Shown piece by piece: positions 36,823 to 43,213 of a stretch of DNA of 64,000 nt. The stretch is from an uncultured Anaeroplasmatales bacterium (lineage in GTDB: Bacteria > Bacillota_I > Bacilli_A > Acholeplasmatales > WRBM01). The notes beneath the pieces were generated by a model. The model saw nothing but the letters and a program-made list of their open reading frames with translations, was not told the DNA's origin and did no database searches. The translations under genes and the position numbers were made by a program. Position 1 is the first letter of the stretch. Every line of letters begins with the position of its first letter. Location of the stretch: NCBI GenBank assembly GCA_964478425.1, contig CAYZIB010000005.1, positions 5,297 to 69,296 of the forward strand. The letters run 5' to 3'.

Positions 36823-36947
36823 TGCAACTAAAAAAGTTGCAGAAGAATACCCCTATTCTTCTTGAAGTTAATTTATTTAACTTCACCTCTCCCTTTCACA
36901 TACTTAACTTAAAAAAGAAAAAGGACTTTTTGTCCTTTTTCTATTTT
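36823..36947. ncRNA. candidate small RNA or leader: three abutting perfect hairpins, a C-rich tract and a bidirectional terminator
   Basis: Hairpins lie at 36823-36841 (7 bp), 36841-36862 (8 bp, loop ACCCCT) and 36863-36885 (9 bp). A single-stranded CCTCTCCCTTTC tract follows (36886-36897). The terminator pairs AAAAAGGAC with GTCCTTTTT (36917-36947). All stem pairs are Watson-Crick, so the strand cannot be inferred. Confidence 0.4.
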
Positions 36948-37507
36948 GTTTTATCATTTTTTTTAGTTTTTGTTTTAGTTTTTTTTGCTTTTTTAGGTAA
37001 TTTCATATAAATAAAAGTAAAATATATTGCAAATGCAAATACCATTGCAAAAACAAAATATAAGAAATAATTATCAGTAATTATTTTAGATGAAATCATA
37101 AAAACTGCAACAGTTAATAAAATAATCGCAAGTATAAATCTACTTAATTTATTATATTTTGTTATGTAATGACAAATTAATTCATTTAATCCTCTTAAAT
37201 AAAGAATTATACCGATATAAAGTGATCCTTGTTTTTGAACCATTATTAAAACAGAACAAACAATATTTATAACAAATTCAATAAATAAAAATATTTGAAC
37301 ATTTTTATTTTGATTTATTTTTAATAATTTAAAAAATAATGTTACTGAATATAATATAAATAATACACCAATTAGATAAAATGTAATTGATTGTGCAACT
37401 AATAATTTTGGCCATAAATAATGATCTATTACTAAAAATATACCAAAAATATAAAAAATAATTGCCATAATTAAATTAAAATTTTTATTTTTCTTTAAAT
37501 TTTGCAT
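36941..37507 (-). CDS. polytopic membrane protein with Lys-rich C-terminal tail, unknown function
   Basis: About 188 aa with 5-6 TM helices and a C-terminal KKAKKTKTKTKKNDKTK tail. The ATG at 37507 is preceded by GGGAGG. The track's TTG at 37519 overlaps that RBS. Confidence 0.55.
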   Translation of the reverse strand: MQNLKKNKNFNLIMAIIFYIFGIFLVIDHYLWPKLLVAQSITFYLIGVLFILYSVTLFFKLLKINQNKNVQIFLFIEFVINIVCSVLIMVQKQGSLYIGIILYLRGLNELICHYITKYNKLSRFILAIILLTVAVFMISSKIITDNYFLYFVFAMVFAFAIYFTFIYMKLPKKAKKTKTKTKKNDKTK

Positions 37508-37519
37508 ATTTCCTCCCAA

Positions 37520-37670
37520 TAATAAGCCTAGAAATTTGAGAGATCTTTCTCTCTAAGGCGGAAATCTCTTTTTATTTGTTTTTAGGATTATTAAACTAGT
37601 AATCATTCACACCAACAAATCTCAATTTCCTGTTTATTATAAATTTGAGCTCACATATTATTTCTAGGCA
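37520..37670 (-). promoter_or_regulatory. structured 5' leader (unclassified cis-regulatory RNA candidate) of the membrane-protein gene
   Basis: An extended -10 TGgTATAAT lies on the minus strand at 37676-37684. A 10-bp closing helix pairs GCCTAGAAAT (37660-37669) with ATTTCTAGGC (37526-37535). Internal helices are ATTTGTT/AACAAAT and GAGAGA/TCTCTC. CTCAAATTT occurs twice, competing for GGAAATTGAG. Confidence 0.35.
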
Positions 37671-37702
37671 CTATTATTATACCACGAAAGCTTATTTAGT
37701 AA

Positions 37703-37728
37703 ATAAAAAAAATCATCGATTGATGATT
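37703..37728 (-). terminator. intrinsic terminator of the infC-rpmI-rplT operon
   Basis: A stem pairs AATCATC with GATGATT directly after the rplT stop. A T-run follows on the minus strand (plus-strand A-run 37704-37710). Confidence 0.7.
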
Positions 37729-38241
37729 TTATTTTAATGCTTCTATTAAATCAGCTTTCTTCATTGAAGAATATCCAGTAATACCTTTTTGTTTAGCTAA
37801 TTCTTTTAATTCAGTTAATTTTAAGCTTTCTAAATTAACTGATTCAGCTTCAACAACTGTTTCAACAACATTAACTGTATTTTCTACTAAAGTAGGATTT
37901 TTAGCTATTTCAACATATTTTTTGAATGTTTCCATATCATTTACAGCTAAATCAGCTAACATTTTACGGTTGATTTGAATATTAGCAACCTTTAATCCAT
38001 TAATAAATCTTGAATATTTAATATCATTCATTTGGCAAGCCGCATTAATTCTTGCAATCCATAATTTTCTGAAATTTCTTTTTTTAGTTCTTCTATCACG
38101 GTAAGCGTATCTTAATGAACGCATTACTTGTTCATGAGCAGTTTTATATAAAGTATGTTTTGATCCAAAGTATCCTTTAGCTAATTTTAATGTTTTATTA
38201 CGTCTTCTTCTTGTTACGTAACCACCTTTAACTCTTGGCAT
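37729..38241 (-). CDS. rplT: 50S ribosomal protein L20 with about 50-aa C-terminal Rho_N/HeH-like extension
   Basis: aa 1-117 are canonical L20 ([25 protein letters not shown]...[10 protein letters not shown]). aa about 118-170 end in [32 protein letters not shown]. subtilis L20 is about 119 aa, from memory. Confidence 0.93.
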   Translation of the reverse strand: MPRVKGGYVTRRRRNKTLKLAKGYFGSKHTLYKTAHEQVMRSLRYAYRDRRTKKRNFRKLWIARINAACQMNDIKYSRFINGLKVANIQINRKMLADLAVNDMETFKKYVEIAKNPTLVENTVNVVETVVEAESVNLESLKLTELKELAKQKGITGYSSMKKADLIEALK

Positions 38242-38255
38242 GTTTTTCCCTCCTC

Positions 38256-38456
38256 TTATAGCATATTACTTATAACAGATTTAATTCTTTTATAATCTGT
38301 TTTATGTAATGTTGTTTGTTTACTTAAATTTTTGTTTTGTTTATGAGTTTTGTTTTGTTTTAAATGTCCAGTATAAGCATGTCCTCTCATGATTTTACCT
38401 GAACCAGTTACTTTTAATCTTTTTTTGTAACCGCTATGTGTCTTTTGTTTTGGCAT
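38256..38456 (-). CDS. rpmI: 50S ribosomal protein L35
   Basis: 66 aa. [24 protein letters not shown] is the family signature. Confidence 0.95.
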   Translation of the reverse strand: MPKQKTHSGYKKRLKVTGSGKIMRGHAYTGHLKQNKTHKQNKNLSKQTTLHKTDYKRIKSVISNML

Positions 38457-38473
38457 ATTATCTTCTCCTTATA

Positions 38474-39001
38474 TTATTTTTCTATTTTTTGTGCTAAAAC
38501 TGCTGTTAAAATTTTTCCTTCTTGTTTGATATTTGCTTCGATTTTTGCACAATCTTCAAGTGAATTAATAAAATTAACCATTACTTGTTTTACTAAATCG
38601 ACATGAGTAATAATTCTTCCGCTCATTCTTAAACTTACTTTGACTTTATCGCCTTTTTGTAAAAATTTTCTTGCTTGATTAGATTTTGTATCTAAATCAT
38701 GTTTATCAATTGTTGGGCTTAATCTTATTTCTTTTACTTGAATAACTTTTTGATTTTTCTTAACTTCTTTAGATTTTTTTTGTTGATCATATCTAAATTT
38801 AGAATAATTAATAAATTTAGCAACTGGTGGCTTTGCATTTGGAGCAACCACATATAAATCTAAATCGCGACCTCTTGCTTTATATAAAGCATCTTTTTTA
38901 GTTAAAACTCCTAATTGTTCTCCATCATCTGTTATTACTAATAATTTATCAAATTTAATATTTTCATTTAGTAATTCATCGGTTTGTTTATTTTTGTTTA
39001 T
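38474..39001 (-). CDS. infC: translation initiation factor IF-3, non-canonical ATA start
   Basis: The IF-3 sequence begins INKNKQTDELLNENIKFDKLLVITDDGEQLGVL. GGAGGTG lies 5 nt upstream of the ATA at 39001-38999 (7 nt if the core GGAGG is counted). The track's ATG at 39049 sits inside the leader terminator hairpin, has no RBS and would add 16 non-homologous residues. Confidence 0.85.
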   Translation of the reverse strand: MNKNKQTDELLNENIKFDKLLVITDDGEQLGVLTKKDALYKARGRDLDLYVVAPNAKPPVAKFINYSKFRYDQQKKSKEVKKNQKVIQVKEIRLSPTIDKHDLDTKSNQARKFLQKGDKVKVSLRMSGRIITHVDLVKQVMVNFINSLEDCAKIEANIKQEGKILTAVLAQKIEK

Positions 39002-39141
39002 AAAAACACCTCCTAAATAATATAAAAAATGGACGCAGAATACGCCCATTAAAAATCATCAAAAATATTTTAAGTGACTTTTTACCTATCGATTCATCAA
39101 TCAGGTGAGAAACGGGTGTTCTTCTTTCCACGAATTTTAAC
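39002..39141 (-). promoter_or_regulatory. L20 leader (ribosomal-protein autoregulatory attenuator) upstream of infC
   Basis: A structured leader of about 140 nt runs between the promoter and infC. It ends in the hairpin ATGGGCG-TATTCT-GCGTCCAT followed by TTTTTTA. Position and architecture match the Firmicute L20 leader. Confidence 0.65.
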
Positions 39142-39147
39142 AAATTA

Positions 39148-39175
39148 ATTATATCAATTATTAATTATTTGTCAA
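39148..39175 (-). promoter_or_regulatory. infC operon promoter
   Basis: On the minus strand: TTGACA (39175-39170), a 16-nt spacer, then extended -10 TGaTATAAT (39156-39148). The -35 overlaps the stop codon of the upstream permease gene. Confidence 0.65.
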
Positions 39176-39852
39176 TAGTTTTTTTTGAAAATAATTATAT
39201 TTTCTAAAATAAATAAATTAACAATCAAAAGTACAACTAAATATATGTTTTTATATTCAAAAATATTATTATTAAACACTAATAAAAATAGTTCTTTATC
39301 TAGATTATTTTTATAAAGATATAAAAGAAAAACAATAATAAATGAGATTAAAATATTTATTTTATTGTTTGTTACTTCTTCTAAAATTGAAACAATTTCT
39401 AAAATTACTATAAAACTAATAAAGAAATTTATAAAATTTTTTTTAAAAATTAATTTATCAAATTTAAAAATATAATATTTATTCATTATTAAAATCAAAC
39501 TAAAAAAGACTAATGAACAAATAAAAATTATAGTTAATTGATATATTTTTTTTGTATAAAAATTTTTAAATCTACTATAATTAATTATATTTATTATCTG
39601 ATAACCTTTTTGATTAAATAAAACTAAAAATAAAATTATTAAATTAATTAAAAGTTCATACATTTTAAAAGTTTTAAACAAAAAATTTTCATATAAATAT
39701 TTTTCTAAACACAAAAATTTATTAAAAGAATAAATAGCACCAGATATATATAATAAATAGCATAAAAATAGCCCATATAACGCAATTATAAAATAGATAA
39801 ATGTTTTATTAATATTTACTTTAAAATGCGTATAAATTAATTTAAATCCCAT
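39172..39852 (-). CDS. cassette gene 4: polytopic membrane protein (putative ABC-2-like permease)
   Basis: 226 aa with about 6 TM helices. It has no recognisable motif. It overlaps the ATPase gene by 16 nt. Confidence 0.5.
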   Translation of the reverse strand: MGFKLIYTHFKVNINKTFIYFIIALYGLFLCYLLYISGAIYSFNKFLCLEKYLYENFLFKTFKMYELLINLIILFLVLFNQKGYQIINIINYSRFKNFYTKKIYQLTIIFICSLVFFSLILIMNKYYIFKFDKLIFKKNFINFFISFIVILEIVSILEEVTNNKINILISFIIVFLLYLYKNNLDKELFLLVFNNNIFEYKNIYLVVLLIVNLFILENIIIFKKNY

Positions 39853-40394
39853 ATAATTCCTGGAGTGTTATATGCTTTTATATTATTAGTTGCTATTAAA
39901 AAAGTTTTATTTAAATAATTTTTATAGTATTTAATTATTTTTGATAATATTTCTTTACTTGAATCATCTAAATAAGTATCAACTTCGTCTAATATGTATA
40001 AATCTTTATTTTGTGATAAACAAATAATTAATGCTACTTTTTGTTTTGTTCCGTTAGACATTTTTTTTATTAATTTATTTTCTAAGTTAAATATTTTTTT
40101 TAAATCCATATTAAAATTGTTAGAACTATATAATTTAATTAAATCAAATGCATACATATCTTTCGGTAAAATATTTTTATCTGGAATATAACTTATGGTA
40201 AATTTTTTATTAAATTTAAATATTTGATTTTTGGATTTTTTTATGTTATATAATCCCGATATAAATTTTAAAATTGAAGTTTTTCCTATACCATTTTTTC
40301 CTAAAATGTAATAAATATTTTTTTCATAAATGATCATAGTTTGATTTTTAAAATAATTTTTTTGATAAAAATCAGTTAATTCTATTAATTTCAT
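39837..40394 (-). CDS. cassette gene 3: short ABC-type ATPase with degenerate motifs
   Basis: 185 aa. Walker A is GKNGIGKTS and Walker B is LYILDEVD. The signature reads MSNGTKQK rather than LSGGQ. The H-loop position reads ATNN, with no His. Confidence 0.65.
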   Translation of the reverse strand: MKLIELTDFYQKNYFKNQTMIIYEKNIYYILGKNGIGKTSILKFISGLYNIKKSKNQIFKFNKKFTISYIPDKNILPKDMYAFDLIKLYSSNNFNMDLKKIFNLENKLIKKMSNGTKQKVALIICLSQNKDLYILDEVDTYLDDSSKEILSKIIKYYKNYLNKTFLIATNNIKAYNTPGIIWDLN

Positions 40395-41271
40395 TTAAAA
40401 CTAAATATTTATTCATTAAAGATAGATCATTTATTTTAAAATAAGTTAACTTAGGACTTATATAAGAAATATTATCAATATCAATTAAAAAACTTATATC
40501 TGATAAATAAATCAATTTATAATATTTTATAGGTATTAAGATATAATAATCATTTATTTTATAATTTATATTGTCATTATTATTTTCGTAATTTATATAT
40601 AAATTATAATCATCATATATACTAGATAAATCGATATTATGTGAAAAATCATTATTTAATAGGATTTTTGCATTTTCTAAATCGAAAATATAATTATCAT
40701 CTAATGAAATTAATTTATTGATATAATTATATTTTAAATTATCAATTTTAAGGACTAAAGCTGCTAAATATTCGGTATTTTCGTAGATATTTGTTATTCC
40801 ATATAATCCTAAAAAATCAAATGTTTCATATTCATTTAGTAAAAAATTTATTGATCCTATATTGATTTTTGCATCTTCTAAATCCGTATTAATGATTAAA
40901 TATGCTTCATCTATTTTTAGATTTGAAATTATATTTTTTACTTTAACATCATACGTATATGAATAAATGTATGTACTATTTTTAATGATTTCTTCATTAT
41001 AATAAATATCTTTTATCTCTATTTCAAATTTAATTGTTTCTAAATTATTAGTAATATATGCATTATTTATTGATTTTTTATTAGTTAATTCTGTTTTTTT
41101 ATTATTAAAATATAAATCAATATTAAAAATATCATTGTTTTTTATATTACAGTAAGAACTTTTTATTGAAAAAATATAATCATTTAATGACTTTGAATCT
41201 AATATGGTTATTAAAGCAATAATTAATACTAAAAAAATAGTAAAAATTGCTAATATTTTTTTTAATTTCAT
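40372..41271 (-). CDS. cassette gene 2: N-terminally membrane-anchored extracytoplasmic protein, unknown function
   Basis: 299 aa with a single N-terminal TM helix (ILAIFTIFLVLIIALITIL) and an N/Y/I-rich ectodomain. It has an ATGA overlap with gene 1 and a 23-nt overlap with gene 3. Confidence 0.5.
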   Translation of the reverse strand: MKLKKILAIFTIFLVLIIALITILDSKSLNDYIFSIKSSYCNIKNNDIFNIDLYFNNKKTELTNKKSINNAYITNNLETIKFEIEIKDIYYNEEIIKNSTYIYSYTYDVKVKNIISNLKIDEAYLIINTDLEDAKINIGSINFLLNEYETFDFLGLYGITNIYENTEYLAALVLKIDNLKYNYINKLISLDDNYIFDLENAKILLNNDFSHNIDLSSIYDDYNLYINYENNNDNINYKINDYYILIPIKYYKLIYLSDISFLIDIDNISYISPKLTYFKINDLSLMNKYLVLNEINRIN

Positions 41272-41885
41272 CTTATTTTAATTTTCTCCAATCTGTGATA
41301 TTCGGTTGTATTTTTTATTAGTTCAAATCCACCTTTTTCAGAGGTAATAAAAAATATATAATTTTTTGCAACCCCATTTGTTAGATATCCTTTTCCTGTA
41401 ATATATAAATTAACCATTGTTCCTGGATCTATTAAAATTTTTAAGGTAACTTTTTCATCTTCTTCTGTAGTGTTTTGGTTCGAAAAATCCCAATTAATTT
41501 TATTTTCTAAACCGGTACTAAATTTTTTTACTGTCCCTTTAACTGTAACTTGCAAATTTCCAGAATAATTTATGGATGTTTTTGTTTGTTTTTTGTATTT
41601 ATATTCATAGTCATATTCAATTGCTGTATTTCCGTCGTTATAATATGAAAAAAGTGTTTCTTTTTTATATGTAAATGGTACTTTATCATTTATTGTATAG
41701 ACTTTCCACCCAACAAATTTTTGTTTTCCTAATTTTTTATAGTAGTAATCATAATCTTTTTTAGTAAAATCATCTAAAAATTTTCCCTTTTCTAAAAAAA
41801 TTTCTTCATAATTTTGATAACTTGCATCAATTGTTTTTATATTTATTAAAAGTATAAATATTAATAAAGTAAATATTTTTTTCAT
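41268..41885 (-). CDS. cassette gene 1: secreted beta-rich protein, unknown function
   Basis: 205 aa. The signal peptide is MKKIFTLLIFILLINIKTIDA. The mature part shows alternating polar/hydrophobic beta-strand patterns. A GAGGTGA RBS lies upstream. Confidence 0.5.
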   Translation of the reverse strand: MKKIFTLLIFILLINIKTIDASYQNYEEIFLEKGKFLDDFTKKDYDYYYKKLGKQKFVGWKVYTINDKVPFTYKKETLFSYYNDGNTAIEYDYEYKYKKQTKTSINYSGNLQVTVKGTVKKFSTGLENKINWDFSNQNTTEEDEKVTLKILIDPGTMVNLYITGKGYLTNGVAKNYIFFITSEKGGFELIKNTTEYHRLEKIKIR

Positions 41886-42095
41886 TTTTTCACCTCAAAT
41901 ATATATTTATCATTTAAATTATCAATTACTTTTTTTATTTAATAAGTAGTTTTAAAAACAAGATTAAATATTTTGTAATATTTTGTAGAAAAATATTTGA
42001 TTTAGTTTAAAAAACTACATAATATTTTAAATTTTAACATAGTTTTTAATATTATGTTTCATAAATAATAACATATTGTCGAATATTATATTATT

Positions 42096-42110
42096 TAGTT
42101 TTTAAAACTA
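42096..42110. promoter_or_regulatory. palindrome TAGTTTTtAAAACTA (related copies at 42003-42017 and 41949-41959)
   Basis: A perfect 7+1+7 inverted repeat. The arms are the same as the palindrome at 21063-21077. Weaker variants are TAGTTTaaaAAACTA and GTTTTaAAAAC. Confidence 0.25.
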
Positions 42111-42239
42111 TTAATAAAATGAAAATTAATTAAAAAGCTTTTATTATTTGTAATAGTACACTTTGCATAGGTAATGATAAAGATATAAAACCAAAAGTTT
42201 CAACCATTATTTATTACTTTTTTAATTATCAGTACAGCA

Positions 42240-42272
42240 TAAAAAAATCATTACAAATTAATGTAATGATTT
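42240..42272 (-). terminator. intrinsic terminator of the NADAR gene
   Basis: A 10-bp stem pairs AATCATTACA with TGTAATGATT around a 6-nt loop. A T7 run follows on the minus strand. Confidence 0.7.
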
Positions 42273-42321
42273 ATAAAATTATGTTTTTTTACTAACATTT
42301 TAGAATAACTAATTTATTAAA

Positions 42322-42795
42322 TTATAATTGTTCACGCACAAGCATTAATGTATATCCTAATAAATTTTTCCCTTTCCATTTTGATTTATCAAATCTATTA
42401 GTATCGTTCATCGATAAACCAATTCCCCAAATTATATCTTTTACAGAACATTCTACAATAGTTAAATTTCCTGTTTTTTTTAATTTTTCTTTCAATTCAT
42501 TATTTTGAGAGAACTTAGCAATTAATCCTTGATATATTATAATTTGTCTAACTCCGTTCCAAATATTTTCATCATAACCAGAAACCATTCTTCCTAGTGA
42601 TTTAATTTTAGCTACATCTGTTTCATTAAGAATTTCATTAGCAATTTTTATATCATTAAATTGAATTGCCTTTTTATACATCATATATTGTTCCATAGAC
42701 GAAAACGTAATGTTATCTATTATAAAAGTAGATAAATACCAATTACTCAAATATCCATTTTCTTCTTCTGGATTATGAAAACAAATTAGTTTTAT
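42322..42795 (-). CDS. NADAR (YbiA/DUF1768) family protein with no canonical start codon for the conserved N-terminus
   Basis: KLICFHNPEEENGYLSNWYLSTFIIDNITFSSMEQYMMYKKAIQF...IWGIG....W.G.NLLGYTLMLVREQL parallels E. coli YbiA from its first strand. The frame is open to 42849 but contains only ATA (42795), ATT and TTG (42750) as possible starts. See findings. Confidence 0.7.
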   Translation of the reverse strand: MKLICFHNPEEENGYLSNWYLSTFIIDNITFSSMEQYMMYKKAIQFNDIKIANEILNETDVAKIKSLGRMVSGYDENIWNGVRQIIIYQGLIAKFSQNNELKEKLKKTGNLTIVECSVKDIIWGIGLSMNDTNRFDKSKWKGKNLLGYTLMLVREQL

Positions 42796-42843
42796 TAAAA
42801 AATTCTCACTTTCACAACTGAAATCATATTTAAATTCAATTTG

Positions 42844-42852
42844 ATTATATCA
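42844..42852 (-). promoter_or_regulatory. extended -10 element of the NADAR gene
   Basis: TGaTATAAT is read on the minus strand. Confidence 0.4.
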
Positions 42853-43109
42853 TATTTTTGAAATACACACAATTAAATTGTAGTTTTTTAAAATAAATTT
42901 TGAATTTTGCAAATTTCACTAATAAAAAATTACTTTGAATTAATTAATAACCATAAAAATATGAAAATAATAGCACTAATTTAATTTAATATTTATTCTA
43001 ATATATTTAAACTAAATTAAAAAGGTATTTTTTTTAACTTGTTCAAATATGAAATAATTATTTCCATAATTAAGCATTTCTTTTCTTGTTATTACTATTA
43101 TATAACACA

Positions 43110-43171
43110 AATAGACCCTACAAAGTAGAATCTACACTTTTTTTTGATGCGTCTACTTTATAGGGTCTATT
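43110..43171. repeat. 20-bp-arm inverted repeat (long hairpin), probable pgcA terminator and possible island boundary
   Basis: AATAGACCCTACAAAGTAGA (43110-43129) pairs with TCTACTTTATAGGGTCTATT (43152-43171), with one mismatch. The loop is 22 nt. It lies 43 nt downstream of the pgcA stop. Confidence 0.6.
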
Positions 43172-43213
43172 TTAATATTTGATTGTTTTTTTATTTAGTT
43201 TAAAATGTTTAAT

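Noticed and set aside
36822-37010. 62-aa plus-strand ORF covering the three-hairpin region.
   Set aside because: It starts at a non-ATG codon without an RBS. It runs straight through three hairpins and a terminator, then antisense into the membrane-protein gene. The region is better explained as RNA structure.
37526-37669. The 10-bp terminal inverted repeats GCCTAGAAAT/ATTTCTAGGC as the ends of a MITE-like insertion.
   Set aside because: No target-site duplication is seen and no second copy is visible in this window. I kept it only as an alternative explanation within the leader finding.
39002-39049. ATG-initiated N-terminal extension of infC (MGVFCVHFLYYLGGVF).
   Set aside because: The ATG lies in the leader terminator hairpin. 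The strong SD sits inside the putative extension. IF-3 homology starts only at the ATA.
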